From: Sarcina sp.
GTDB taxonomy: Bacteria; Bacillota; Clostridia; Clostridiales; Clostridiaceae
Length of the DNA: 64,000 nt
Direction: 5' to 3'
Assembly: GCA_051650825.1 (NCBI GenBank)
Contig: JBOFRC010000461.1
Span: 7,817-71,816, forward strand
Part shown: piece after piece, positions 19,560 to 29,138 of the stretch
How positions within the stretch are numbered: the stretch's first letter is position 1
Layout of the letters: each line of letters begins with the position of its first letter
Position numbers and translations under genes: made by a program
Notes under the pieces: generated by a model
Seen by the model: only the letters and a program-made list of their open reading frames with translations
Databases searched by the model: none
Told to the model about the DNA's origin: nothing

Positions 19560-19755
19560 ACTTTTATAATACGATATTTTCCGACAAGTGTCAACTATGA
19601 AATTCAAAAAAAACGACAAAATTTGATAAAGATGATTAACTGCATTGGTATGAATTAAAAAAAAGCTATATTCTTTAAAAAAAATTTCAAAAAAGTGGAA
19701 TTAAAATAACTTTCTATATATATATTATAGTAGGTAGAATATAGGAGGGTACAAT

Positions 19756-21318
19756 ATGGCTAATTTAGATTTAATTAAAGAAAATATAGAAGTCCAAATA
19801 CAAATTGGAGTAAATTCTAATGATGATGTTCTAAGAGATGAATATCTTATATCAGATACACTTCCAGATGTTAAAGAAATTCTTTCTGTTGATGTGGAAG
19901 AAAAGGTAACTAAGGCTGAGGTGTTAGACGGAAAGGTTGCAGTTGAAGCAGATGTAAGATATACAGTTGTTTATTTGTCAGATGAAGAAGAGGGTAGTGG
20001 TGTTAACAATGTTGTTTATAAAAGCAAATTATCAAACTTCATAGACATATCAAATGCAGAGCAAGGAATGCTTTGTAATGTGGAGTGTGAACTAGAACAT
20101 ATTAATCCAACACTTGTAAATGAAAGGAAAATAAATGTAGAAGCCTATTTTAGATTAAAGGCAAAAGTTTATAAACATGAAGAGTTTGAATTTGTTGAAA
20201 GTGTAGAGAATAGACAGGATATACAAGTAATTAAAAAAGTTGAAAATATAGATAAAACTATATATTCAGGGGTAAAAGCAGTTACAGCAAATCAAGAATT
20301 AAGAATTAATATGGATAAAGCTCAAATTGAAAAAGTTGTTAAATTTGATTCTCTAATTCATAAAAAAGAAGTTAAATTATATGATAATAAAATACAATAT
20401 TCATGCTATGCAAAAGTAAATATTGTATATAGAACAGAAGATTCAAGAGAATTATCAATTGTAGAAGATGATGTATTTATATCATCAGAAGAAGAAATTG
20501 TAGGAGTAAGTCCTAATTATGAGTGTGATTATGATTTTAGAGTTATAAATGCAGATTATGCTATAGGTCAAGATGATTTAGGTGAAAATAGAATTATCAA
20601 CTTAGGATTCAATTTAGAAGTTGATACTAAAGTTTATAAATCAGATGTAGTAGAAATAATAGAAGACGCATATTCTCCTAATAATGAAATAAGAATTATC
20701 AAAGATAGTATAGAACTTAATATAAGACATGCTGTAGCTAATTCAGAAGCAATTATAAAAGAGAACTTTAGTCTTGATAATGAGGAAGCAGTTCAAATTA
20801 TTAGTGTAAGAGGAGTTATTGATTCTGTAAAACATGAAGCTATAGGTGAGCTATTAAATATAGAAGGAAACTTAAAAGTTAAGTGTATTTATAAAAATGC
20901 AAACTCAGATAAAATTTATAATAGTAAAGAATTTGATATACCATTTACAACTAATATAGAAATTCCTAAAATGACAGATAATATGGATATTGATATAAAG
21001 TCATCACTAGAATGCATGCAGGCATCAATAGAAGCTGGAACTATAGCAATTAAAGGTATAGCATTATTTACAGCAAAGACTATGTATAAAGAGAAAAAAG
21101 GATATATTACAGCTATAGAAGATGATGATGATGCAGAAGTTCCAGTGAAAAAAGCATCTGTAATTATTTATGTAGTACAAGCAGGAGATACTATATGGAA
21201 ATTAGCTAAAAAATATAAAACTACTATGCAAAATATAGCAGATATAAATAATATAGATTTAAATGATACTTTAGAAATTGGGGATAAATTAATAATACCA
21301 GGAAGAGCGGTTATCTAA
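19756..21318 (+). CDS. sipL: SipL/SPOCS (DUF3794) coat morphogenetic protein with C-terminal LysM
   Basis: Repeated DUF3794-like blocks; LysM YVVQAGDTIWKLAKKY. Confidence 0.88.
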   Translation: MANLDLIKENIEVQIQIGVNSNDDVLRDEYLISDTLPDVKEILSVDVEEKVTKAEVLDGKVAVEADVRYTVVYLSDEEEGSGVNNVVYKSKLSNFIDISNAEQGMLCNVECELEHINPTLVNERKINVEAYFRLKAKVYKHEEFEFVESVENRQDIQVIKKVENIDKTIYSGVKAVTANQELRINMDKAQIEKVVKFDSLIHKKEVKLYDNKIQYSCYAKVNIVYRTEDSRELSIVEDDVFISSEEEIVGVSPNYECDYDFRVINADYAIGQDDLGENRIINLGFNLEVDTKVYKSDVVEIIEDAYSPNNEIRIIKDSIELNIRHAVANSEAIIKENFSLDNEEAVQIISVRGVIDSVKHEAIGELLNIEGNLKVKCIYKNANSDKIYNSKEFDIPFTTNIEIPKMTDNMDIDIKSSLECMQASIEAGTIAIKGIALFTAKTMYKEKKGYITAIEDDDDAEVPVKKASVIIYVVQAGDTIWKLAKKYKTTMQNIADINNIDLNDTLEIGDKLIIPGRAVI

Positions 21319-21424
21319 ATTAAGTTTAATTTTAAATGATAATAACTTAGATAATAAATTTTTTGTAGGATAAATATTTATATCGATTTAAAATAGTATT
21401 ATGGTAAAGAAATTTGAAAATTTG

Positions 21425-21483
21425 AAGGATTGTATGATAATGAGGAAAAATTCTCAGTATTATACAGTCCTTTTCTTTTTTTT
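21425..21483 (+). terminator. Long-stem terminator after sipL
   Basis: About 19-bp stem AAGGATTGTATGATA..TGAG/CTCA..TATTATACAGTCCTT plus T tract. Confidence 0.7.
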
Positions 21484-21484
21484 A

Positions 21485-21514
21485 GTATAAAAGATTTAGA
21501 ATTAGGCAAAAATA
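21485..21514 (+). promoter_or_regulatory. Putative SigF/SigG-type promoter of cphBA
   Basis: GTATA-N15-GGCAAAAATA. Confidence 0.65.
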
Positions 21515-21554
21515 ATAAATGCATGTTTTAAAAGTGATTTAGGAGGCAGGCTAG

Positions 21555-22355
21555 ATGACAAAAGTTAGATTCATAATCATAGGTGGAGCTGAAAAGAAAA
21601 AAGGTAAAACTAAAGTTTTAGAGTATGTAGCTAAATGCTTAAGAGCAGATGACATGCTTTTAATAGCGACTATAGCTAGTCAAGAACAAGAAGAAATGAT
21701 AAAAACTTATAAAACTGTATTTAATAATTTAGGTCTTAGGAATATTAAAGAATTGTTTGTTAATAATAGAGAAGAGTGCTTAGATGAAACAAGAATAAAG
21801 TTAATTAAAGATGCTAAAATGATATTTTTTACAGGAGGAGACCAGTTAAGAATAACAAGTATATTAGGAGGAACACCTCTTTATGATGAACTAAAAAAAC
21901 ACTTTAATAATGGATGTATTTATGTTGGAACATCAGCAGGAGCATCGGTTGTGAGTGAAACTATGGTTGTTCAAGGAGAAGATGCAAGTTCGCCTAGTAA
22001 ATGCTATTTAAACATGTGTAAAGGACTTGGTTTATTAAAAAATATAATTATAGATCAACATTTTGCGCAAAGAGGAAGAATTGGAAGACTTTTAGCTATG
22101 GTAGCACAGAATCCAGAAAATATAGGTATAGGCATTGATGAAGATACTGCGATTATCATAGATGATAAAGATAAATTAGAAGTTATAGGTTCAGGAGCTA
22201 TTTATATAGTCGATGGAAGAAATATGACTTATAGCAATGTTTCTGAGCAAAAATATGAGGAGTTACTTAGTATGTATAATGTAACTTTACATGTGCTAAC
22301 ACCAGGAAAAAAATATAATTTGTTAGATAAGGAGCCCTTTGAGGAGGATGTTTAA
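21555..22355 (+). CDS. cphB: Cyanophycinase
   Basis: IIGGAE, FFTGGDQ, GTSAGAS (catalytic Ser) and DQHFAQRGR motifs. Confidence 0.95.
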   Translation: MTKVRFIIIGGAEKKKGKTKVLEYVAKCLRADDMLLIATIASQEQEEMIKTYKTVFNNLGLRNIKELFVNNREECLDETRIKLIKDAKMIFFTGGDQLRITSILGGTPLYDELKKHFNNGCIYVGTSAGASVVSETMVVQGEDASSPSKCYLNMCKGLGLLKNIIIDQHFAQRGRIGRLLAMVAQNPENIGIGIDEDTAIIIDDKDKLEVIGSGAIYIVDGRNMTYSNVSEQKYEELLSMYNVTLHVLTPGKKYNLLDKEPFEEDV

Positions 22356-22358
22356 AAG

Positions 22359-24989
22359 ATGAAAATTGAGAGTCAAAAAATTTTTAGTGGGAAAAATATA
22401 TATTCTCATAAAAAAGTAATAAAAATGGTTGTTGATCTAGAGGGGTTAAGTAATACTCCAACTAAAGAAATTAATAAATTTAATGAAAACTTAGTAAAAG
22501 TTATTCCAGAGCTTATGGAGCATAGATGTGGAATAGATGAAGATCATGGGTTTTATATTAGATTACAAGAAGGAACGTATTTAGCACATGTATTTGAACA
22601 TACAATTATAGCACTTCAAAATAGATTAGGTATTAATGTGGGATATGGTAAAGCAAGAGAAATAGAAAATGAACGATATTATATTATTTTTGAATATGAG
22701 TATTCTAGAACTGCTTTAATAGTAGCTAATATAGCATTAGAATTTATAAATAGCTTAATTAAGCAAGAAGATTTTAATTTTAATGAAAAATTTAAATTAG
22801 CATATGAAATATTTAAAAATGAAATGAGAGGACCATCAACGGAGTCTATATACAAAGCTGTTAAAGCCAATAATTTACCAATTATAGAATTAGGTGAAGG
22901 TATATATCAAATAGGTTATGGGAAAAAGAAACGTTTATTTTCTGCAACAATAGGGGATAGGACTAATGCTATAGCAGTAGATATTGCATCAGATAAACTC
23001 TTAACAAAAAATATTTTAGAAGCTAATAGTTTGCCTGTAGCTAGAGGAGCTAGAGTTACTAATACTATTGAGTTGTTAAAAGAAGCTAGTGATATAGGAT
23101 ATCCTTTAGTTTTAAAACCACAATTTGGAAGCAAAGGTGCAGGTGTATATGTAAATATAAACAATGAAAAAGAACTATTAAGAAGTTTTGTAGAATTGAA
23201 AAGTAAAACAGAAGATATAATAATAGAAGAATTTATAGATGGAAGAGATTATAGAGTATGTGTAGTAGATTACAAGGTAGTTGCAGTAGCACATAGGACA
23301 CCTCCATATGTTATTGGAGATGGAAAAAAAACTATAAAAGAATTAATAGATATTTTAAATAGTGATATAAGAAGAGGTGATGGTCATGAAAAACCTCTTA
23401 CTAAAATTAAACTAGATGAAGAGTTAGATAATTATTTAAAGCGTAAAAAATTGTCGATTAATTCTATTCCTATAGTTGATGAAAAAATTTGTCTACGAGA
23501 GAATGCAAATATTTCTACAGGGGGATTTTCAGAAGATTGCACAGAAATTATTAGTAAAGAGAATATAGATATATGTGAACGTACAGCGAGAGCTATAGGA
23601 TTAGATATATGTGGAATTGATATAGCAACTAATAATATAGAAAAGTCTTTAAATGAATATGGAGTAATTATTGAAGTAAATGCAGCTCCAGGAATAAGAA
23701 TGCATGAATTTCCGACGATAGGAACGAAAAGAGATGTTGCAAATCCTATTTTGAAAACTATGTATAAAGGTGGTTTTGAAAACATTCCAGTTATATCAGT
23801 AACAGGAACAAATGGAAAAACAACTACAACTAGATTGATATCATATGTTATTTCTCTTATGGGTTATACTGTAGGAATGACATCAACAGATGGAGTTAAA
23901 ATTGGAAATAAGTATATTCATAAAGGCGATGATACTGGGCTAGAAAGCGCTAAATCAGTTCTTATTAATAGTGAGGTTGATTATGCTATTTTAGAAACTG
24001 CAAGAGGTGGAATTGTTAGAAAAGGATTAGCGTATGAAAAAGCAAATGTAGGGGTAGTAACTAATATAAGTGATGACCATCTTGGAATAGATGGAATAGA
24101 AACTATAGAAGATTTAGCTATGGCAAAATCATTAGTATTAGAGGCAATTAAAGAAGATGGATATGCTGTTATAAATGCAGATGATGAATACTGCGAATTT
24201 ATGCTTGAGAGAACTAAAAAATATAATATTAAAACGATAATTTTTTCATTTGATAAAAACAATAAGTTTATTTTAAAAAATAAAGAAGAAAAAAATCCAG
24301 TTGTTTATTTAGATGATGATTTTATAGTTGTTTATAATAGAGGGAAAGAATATAAAATATGCAATTACAAATATATGCCAATAACCCTTGGTGGTAATTT
24401 AGATTATAACATATATAATGCCTTGGCAGCGTGTGGGGCACTTGTAGGCGCCAGAATAGATTATATAATGATAGCTAAAGGATTTTTAGAATTTAAATGT
24501 GATGAAAAATTTAATTCTGGACGATTTAATATTTATGAAATTGATGGAAGAGAAATTATATTAGATTATGGACATAATATTTCTGGATATAAAGCGATTA
24601 TTGGATCTTTAAAAAACATGGAAAAAGAAAATGTGATAGGAGTAATAGGAGTTCCTGGTGATAGAAGTAATGAAAATATATCTACTATAGGAAGAATTTC
24701 TAGTAATTATTTTAATAAGATATATATAAAAGAAGATGTAGATAAGAGATCAAGGAAAGAGGGAGAAGTTGCTAAGTTATTGCTTGAAGGTGTATTAAAT
24801 AATAAAGAGAGTATAAGTGAAGTGAAAGTAATATTAGATGAATTTGAAGCTGTAGAAGAAGCTTTTTATAATAGCAAAGAAGGAGATACTATAATTATTT
24901 TTTATGAGGAGTTTAACAAGATAAAAGAGCTAATAAATAAGCTAACTATTCAGAACAAAAAAAATAATGTTAATTATAAACAAGGATAG
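22359..24989 (+). CDS. cphA: Cyanophycin synthetase CphA1
   Basis: N domain HRC..GTYLAHVFEH; ATP-grasp domain; Mur-ligase-like VTGTNGKTTT and ETARGG. Confidence 0.96.
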   Translation: MKIESQKIFSGKNIYSHKKVIKMVVDLEGLSNTPTKEINKFNENLVKVIPELMEHRCGIDEDHGFYIRLQEGTYLAHVFEHTIIALQNRLGINVGYGKAREIENERYYIIFEYEYSRTALIVANIALEFINSLIKQEDFNFNEKFKLAYEIFKNEMRGPSTESIYKAVKANNLPIIELGEGIYQIGYGKKKRLFSATIGDRTNAIAVDIASDKLLTKNILEANSLPVARGARVTNTIELLKEASDIGYPLVLKPQFGSKGAGVYVNINNEKELLRSFVELKSKTEDIIIEEFIDGRDYRVCVVDYKVVAVAHRTPPYVIGDGKKTIKELIDILNSDIRRGDGHEKPLTKIKLDEELDNYLKRKKLSINSIPIVDEKICLRENANISTGGFSEDCTEIISKENIDICERTARAIGLDICGIDIATNNIEKSLNEYGVIIEVNAAPGIRMHEFPTIGTKRDVANPILKTMYKGGFENIPVISVTGTNGKTTTTRLISYVISLMGYTVGMTSTDGVKIGNKYIHKGDDTGLESAKSVLINSEVDYAILETARGGIVRKGLAYEKANVGVVTNISDDHLGIDGIETIEDLAMAKSLVLEAIKEDGYAVINADDEYCEFMLERTKKYNIKTIIFSFDKNNKFILKNKEEKNPVVYLDDDFIVVYNRGKEYKICNYKYMPITLGGNLDYNIYNALAACGALVGARIDYIMIAKGFLEFKCDEKFNSGRFNIYEIDGREIILDYGHNISGYKAIIGSLKNMEKENVIGVIGVPGDRSNENISTIGRISSNYFNKIYIKEDVDKRSRKEGEVAKLLLEGVLNNKESISEVKVILDEFEAVEEAFYNSKEGDTIIIFYEEFNKIKELINKLTIQNKKNNVNYKQG

Positions 24990-25092
24990 AAATTTTCTAT
25001 CCTTTCTTAATTTTCCTTTAAGTTTATTCTAGAAAATATTATAATAAATTTAAATAACTAAGTTAACGTTACGTAAGAAAGGTTGAAGATAT

Positions 25093-25947
25093 ATGAAAAG
25101 AAAGGCATACGCAAAGATTAATATTGCTCTAGATGTTGTAGGAAAAAGAGAAGATGGATATCATTTATTAAGAATGATAATGCAAACTGTAGATATATAT
25201 GATGAAATAGAAGTAAAAAAAATTAACTCACCTAATACTATAAAGTTAACAACTGATAAATATTATTTACCAACAGATGAAAAAAATTTAGCTTATAAAG
25301 CAGCAAAATTATTTTTAGATACATATAAGATTAAAGATGGAGTAGAGATTCATATTAAAAAGAATATTCCTGTATCAGCGGGAATGGCAGGTGGAAGCAC
25401 TGATGCAGCTACAGTTCTTTATTTAATGAATAAGGTATTTAATGTTAAAGAGAATAAAGAAAAGTTGAAAAATTTAGCTGTTAAAATTGGTGCTGATGTA
25501 CCATATTGTATAGATGGTGGAACTGCACTGTGTGAAGGAATTGGAGATAAGATAAAAAAGCTAAAGCCTTTTAAAGATAAAATACTAGTTGTGGTCAAGC
25601 CAAGTTTTGGTGTTTCAACAAAGGAAGTATATGGCGATTTAGATGTAACAAAGATTAATAAACACGCTGATATTGAAGGAATTATGAAATGTATGGCACG
25701 AGAAGACTTATATGGTGTGTCTACAAGAATGAGAAATATATTAGAAAATGTAACTGTTAAAAAGCATAGAATTGTTAGAGAAATTAAAGATGAATTAAAA
25801 CTTGCTGGGGCTATTGGAACTATGATGAGTGGTAGCGGTCCAACTGTTTTTGCATTTTTTGAAGATATGTTAGTTGCTCAAAAAGCTTATGATAAAATGA
25901 AGTCTGCTTATCATAACAGTGATATTTTTATAACTAGAACTATTTAA
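25093..25947 (+). CDS. ispE: 4-diphosphocytidyl-2-C-methyl-D-erythritol kinase
   Basis: AYAKIN, PVSAGMAGGSTDAA, GADVP and MSGSGPT motifs. Confidence 0.97.
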   Translation: MKRKAYAKINIALDVVGKREDGYHLLRMIMQTVDIYDEIEVKKINSPNTIKLTTDKYYLPTDEKNLAYKAAKLFLDTYKIKDGVEIHIKKNIPVSAGMAGGSTDAATVLYLMNKVFNVKENKEKLKNLAVKIGADVPYCIDGGTALCEGIGDKIKKLKPFKDKILVVVKPSFGVSTKEVYGDLDVTKINKHADIEGIMKCMAREDLYGVSTRMRNILENVTVKKHRIVREIKDELKLAGAIGTMMSGSGPTVFAFFEDMLVAQKAYDKMKSAYHNSDIFITRTI

Positions 25948-25968
25948 AAAATAAAAAAATATTTTTAT

Positions 25969-25998
25969 GTATAAAAAGCATTTCCTTTGGCTATGATA
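25969..25998 (+). promoter_or_regulatory. Putative SigF promoter of spoIIR
   Basis: GTATA-N15-GGCTATGATA; spoIIR is a known SigF target. Confidence 0.65.
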
Positions 25999-26020
25999 TA
26001 GCTATTAGGGGGTGCTTTTT

Positions 26021-26656
26021 ATGAAAAAAATATTATTGTGGTTAGTAGGTATAGTTGTTTTAGTAGGAATGTTTAGTATGGTTAAGGTTAATAGTGTACA
26101 AGCACAAATGAGTGTGGAGGACATAAGTGATAAACTTATAAGGTTTCATGTTTTAGCTAATAGTGATTCTAAGGAAGACCAAGATTTGAAAATTAAAGTT
26201 AGAGATGAGGTTATAGCATATATTAATCCATATTTGGAAAATTCAAAATCAATAGATGAATCAAGAAGTATATTAAAATCAAAAGAACAAGAAGTTATAG
26301 AAATTGCTAAGAAGGTTATAAAATCTCAAGGATATGATTATGATGTTTCAATTGAACTTAAGAAGACTAATTTCCCAGTGAAAACATATGGAAATGTAAC
26401 TCTTCCACAAGGAGAGTATGAAGCTTTTAGAGTATTAATAGGTGAAGCTAAAGGACAAAATTGGTGGTGTGTAATGTTTCCTCCTTTATGTTTTATTGAT
26501 ATGAGTAAAGGGCAAATAAGCTATGAGGAAAGTGAGAAGCAATTAAAAGAGTTTTTAGATGAAGGTGAATATAAAATGATTACACAAGAAACTGAGGCTG
26601 ATAAAGAGATTAAAATAGAGTTTAAATTTTTAGATTTTTTTAAAGGTAATAAATAA
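26021..26656 (+). CDS. spoIIR: Stage II sporulation protein R
   Basis: IRFHVLANSDS and GEAKGQNWWCVMFPPLCF motifs. Confidence 0.96.
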   Translation: MKKILLWLVGIVVLVGMFSMVKVNSVQAQMSVEDISDKLIRFHVLANSDSKEDQDLKIKVRDEVIAYINPYLENSKSIDESRSILKSKEQEVIEIAKKVIKSQGYDYDVSIELKKTNFPVKTYGNVTLPQGEYEAFRVLIGEAKGQNWWCVMFPPLCFIDMSKGQISYEESEKQLKEFLDEGEYKMITQETEADKEIKIEFKFLDFFKGNK

Positions 26657-26770
26657 AAATCTTTAAATTCACCTAAATAGTATATTATAATAATATATAG
26701 TTTACCTAATAGAAAATATTTTTATGACTATTATATAAGCTATATAAAACATGATAAATGTTATTTTTTA

Positions 26771-26808
26771 AAGCTAGGAATAGTATAAATACTAGCTAGA
26801 AAATAAAA
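26771..26808. repeat. 38-bp palindromic motif, copy 1
   Basis: AAGCTAGGAATAGTATAAATACTAGCTAGAAAATAAAA; 32/38 identical to 27491-27528. Confidence 0.75.
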
Positions 26809-26897
26809 TTTAACTTTTGTAAATTTAAAATTTAGATAGAAAATAATCTGATTGGAAATTTACAGTTATGAAATTATTAGATAAGGTGGAGATTTTA

Positions 26898-27314
26898 ATG
26901 ATAAAAAAAGCTATGATATCTATATCAAGCATGCAGATGAATGATGAAGATCAAATAGTAGAGGTTATTACACCAGGAACTTTTGAAATTTTAGATAATT
27001 GCTTTAAAGTTTCATATGAGGAAAGTGAAATTTCAGGTATGGAAGGTACTAGCACATATATAAACATAGAAAGTGATAAAATTACCCTAGAGAGAAAAGG
27101 AACAACTGAAACTGTTATGTTGTTTGAAGATTCAGGTAGCAATGTATGTCTTTATAATACACCATATGGAATTCTTGAAATGACAACTAATACAAAAGTA
27201 TTAGATATTAATATTAATGAGAATGGTGGATATGTTAAAATAGAATATAATCTAGTAGTGGTTAATCAAGATCCTATAGATACTAGTTTGAATTTAGAAA
27301 TAAAGGTTATATAG
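26898..27314 (+). CDS. DUF1934 (YwiB) family protein
   Basis: YEESEISGMEGT and CLYNTPYGILEM motifs; SD AAGGTGGAG before ATG 26898. Confidence 0.88.
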   Translation: MIKKAMISISSMQMNDEDQIVEVITPGTFEILDNCFKVSYEESEISGMEGTSTYINIESDKITLERKGTTETVMLFEDSGSNVCLYNTPYGILEMTTNTKVLDININENGGYVKIEYNLVVVNQDPIDTSLNLEIKVI

Positions 27315-27490
27315 CACTAGTTATATACCTTTTCTATTTTAGGTTAAAATAAATATCTTGTTAATATTAGTATATAGGTATTATAATTAAGTTACATAAA
27401 CGTAGACTCGATTCAAATAGAGTTTTGACTATATTTGAGTCTAAAGCCTAAGTTATCTAGGTACGGGTGTTTTTTATCTTCTACTTATAT

Positions 27491-27528
27491 AAGCTAGAAG
27501 TAGTATAAATGCTAGCTATCAGATAAAA
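27491..27528. repeat. 38-bp palindromic motif, copy 2 (in the rho leader)
   Basis: AAGCTAGAAGTAGTATAAATGCTAGCTATCAGATAAAA. Confidence 0.75.
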
Positions 27529-27593
27529 GTCTTATGAAATCATATCTTTTCTTTATTCCCAGATAAACTTAAATTTTAGGAGGTGTTTGCTAG

Positions 27594-29087
27594 GTGCAAG
27601 CGTATGAAAAAATGACTTTAGTAGAACTAAAGGAAATTGCTAAAGAATTAGGTATAAAAAATATATCTAAGAAGAAAAAAAGTGAATTAGTTGAATTAAT
27701 AGTAGAGATTAAGAATTCTAATAAAGAAGAAACAAAACAAGAGAATGAGATTGAAAAAGATGGTGTTATTTTAAGAGAAAAAATATCTCCTAGAAGACAT
27801 TCTGATGCTGGTAATGAAGAAAGAAGTAGAGTTAATGATACTCAAAAGATAGAACATAAAGTAGACAATAGTGAAGATAAAAGCAATGAAGTTAAAAACA
27901 ATGAAATTAAAAAAGAACAGTTTAAATCTATGGTTAATACATCAAATAGTGCAAGAGGTATTTTAGAGATATTAGAAAACAATAGTTTCGGTTTTTTAAG
28001 ATGTCAAAATTACTTAACTAGTGACGATGATATATATGTTTCTCCATCACAAATAAGAAGATTTAACTTAAGAACTGGTGATGAAGTAATAGGTAAAGTA
28101 AGAGAAGCTAAAGAGGGAGAAAAGTTTAGAGCACTTTTATATGTTGAAAAAATAAATGGTGAAAGACCAGAAATGGCAATAAGAAGAAAGAGTTTTGAAA
28201 TGCTTACACCTATATATCCAAATGAGAGATTAAGACTTGAAACTGACTTTAGTGGAGATTTAAGTTCAAGACTTATGGATATTGTTTGTCCTATCGGAAA
28301 AGGGCAAAGAGGGATGATAGTAGCACCACCTAAAGCAGGTAAAACAACTATGTTAAAAAGAGTTGCTCAAAATTTAACTAAAAATAATCCTAATATAACT
28401 TTAATAGTATTATTAGTTGATGAACGTCCTGAAGAAGTTACTGATATGCAAAGAAGTATTAATGGCGAGGTTATATATTCTACATTTGATGAAGAACCAC
28501 AAAATCATGCTAAAGTTTCTAGAATGGTTTTAGAAAGAGCTAAAAGATTAGTTGAGCATGGTAAAGATGTAGTAATATTAATGGATTCATTAACTAGACT
28601 TTCAAGAGCTTACAATTTAACTATAACACCTACAGGTAGAACATTATCAGGAGGATTAGATCCAGGAGCATTAGTTATGCCTAAGAAGTTCTTTGGAGCG
28701 GCTAGAAATATAGAAGAGGGTGGAAGTTTAACTATCTTAGCAACAGCTTTAGTTGATACAGGAAGTAGAATGGATGATATGATATTTGAAGAGTTCAAAG
28801 GAACTGGAAATATGGAAGTTCATTTAGATAGAAAATTACAAGAAAGAAGAATTTTCCCTGCCATCGATATATATAAATCTGGAACAAGAAAAGAAAATCT
28901 TTTATTAACTGATGAAGAAAAAGAAGTTGCATTTTCAATAAGAAGAAATCTTTATAAAGAAGAGAATGTGGATAAAATAACTGAAAAATTAATTAATTTA
29001 CTATCAAAGACAAGAAATAATAAAGAGTTTATGGAAACTTATAAAAAGTTAGTAAATAATGCAAATAACAATTCAGCGAATAAATAA
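27594..29087 (+). CDS. rho: Transcription termination factor Rho
   Basis: Rho N-terminal helix, [18 protein letters not shown] and EFKGTGNME motifs. Confidence 0.98.
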   Translation: MQAYEKMTLVELKEIAKELGIKNISKKKKSELVELIVEIKNSNKEETKQENEIEKDGVILREKISPRRHSDAGNEERSRVNDTQKIEHKVDNSEDKSNEVKNNEIKKEQFKSMVNTSNSARGILEILENNSFGFLRCQNYLTSDDDIYVSPSQIRRFNLRTGDEVIGKVREAKEGEKFRALLYVEKINGERPEMAIRRKSFEMLTPIYPNERLRLETDFSGDLSSRLMDIVCPIGKGQRGMIVAPPKAGKTTMLKRVAQNLTKNNPNITLIVLLVDERPEEVTDMQRSINGEVIYSTFDEEPQNHAKVSRMVLERAKRLVEHGKDVVILMDSLTRLSRAYNLTITPTGRTLSGGLDPGALVMPKKFFGAARNIEEGGSLTILATALVDTGSRMDDMIFEEFKGTGNMEVHLDRKLQERRIFPAIDIYKSGTRKENLLLTDEEKEVAFSIRRNLYKEENVDKITEKLINLLSKTRNNKEFMETYKKLVNNANNNSANK

Positions 29088-29138
29088 AAAAAAGCCTCTA
29101 AGTAAAGCTACTAGCAGCTACTTAGAGGACTTTTTTTT
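29086..29138. terminator. Bidirectional terminator rho/glycosyltransferase
   Basis: CCTCTAAGTA/TACTTAGAGG with A and T flanks. Confidence 0.75.

Noticed and set aside
19535-19600. 21-codon plus-strand ORF (MRGYMVNN...) as a type I toxin paired with the sRNA
   Set aside because: Not hydrophobic, no properly spaced SD, and it lies after the veg terminator with no clear promoter.
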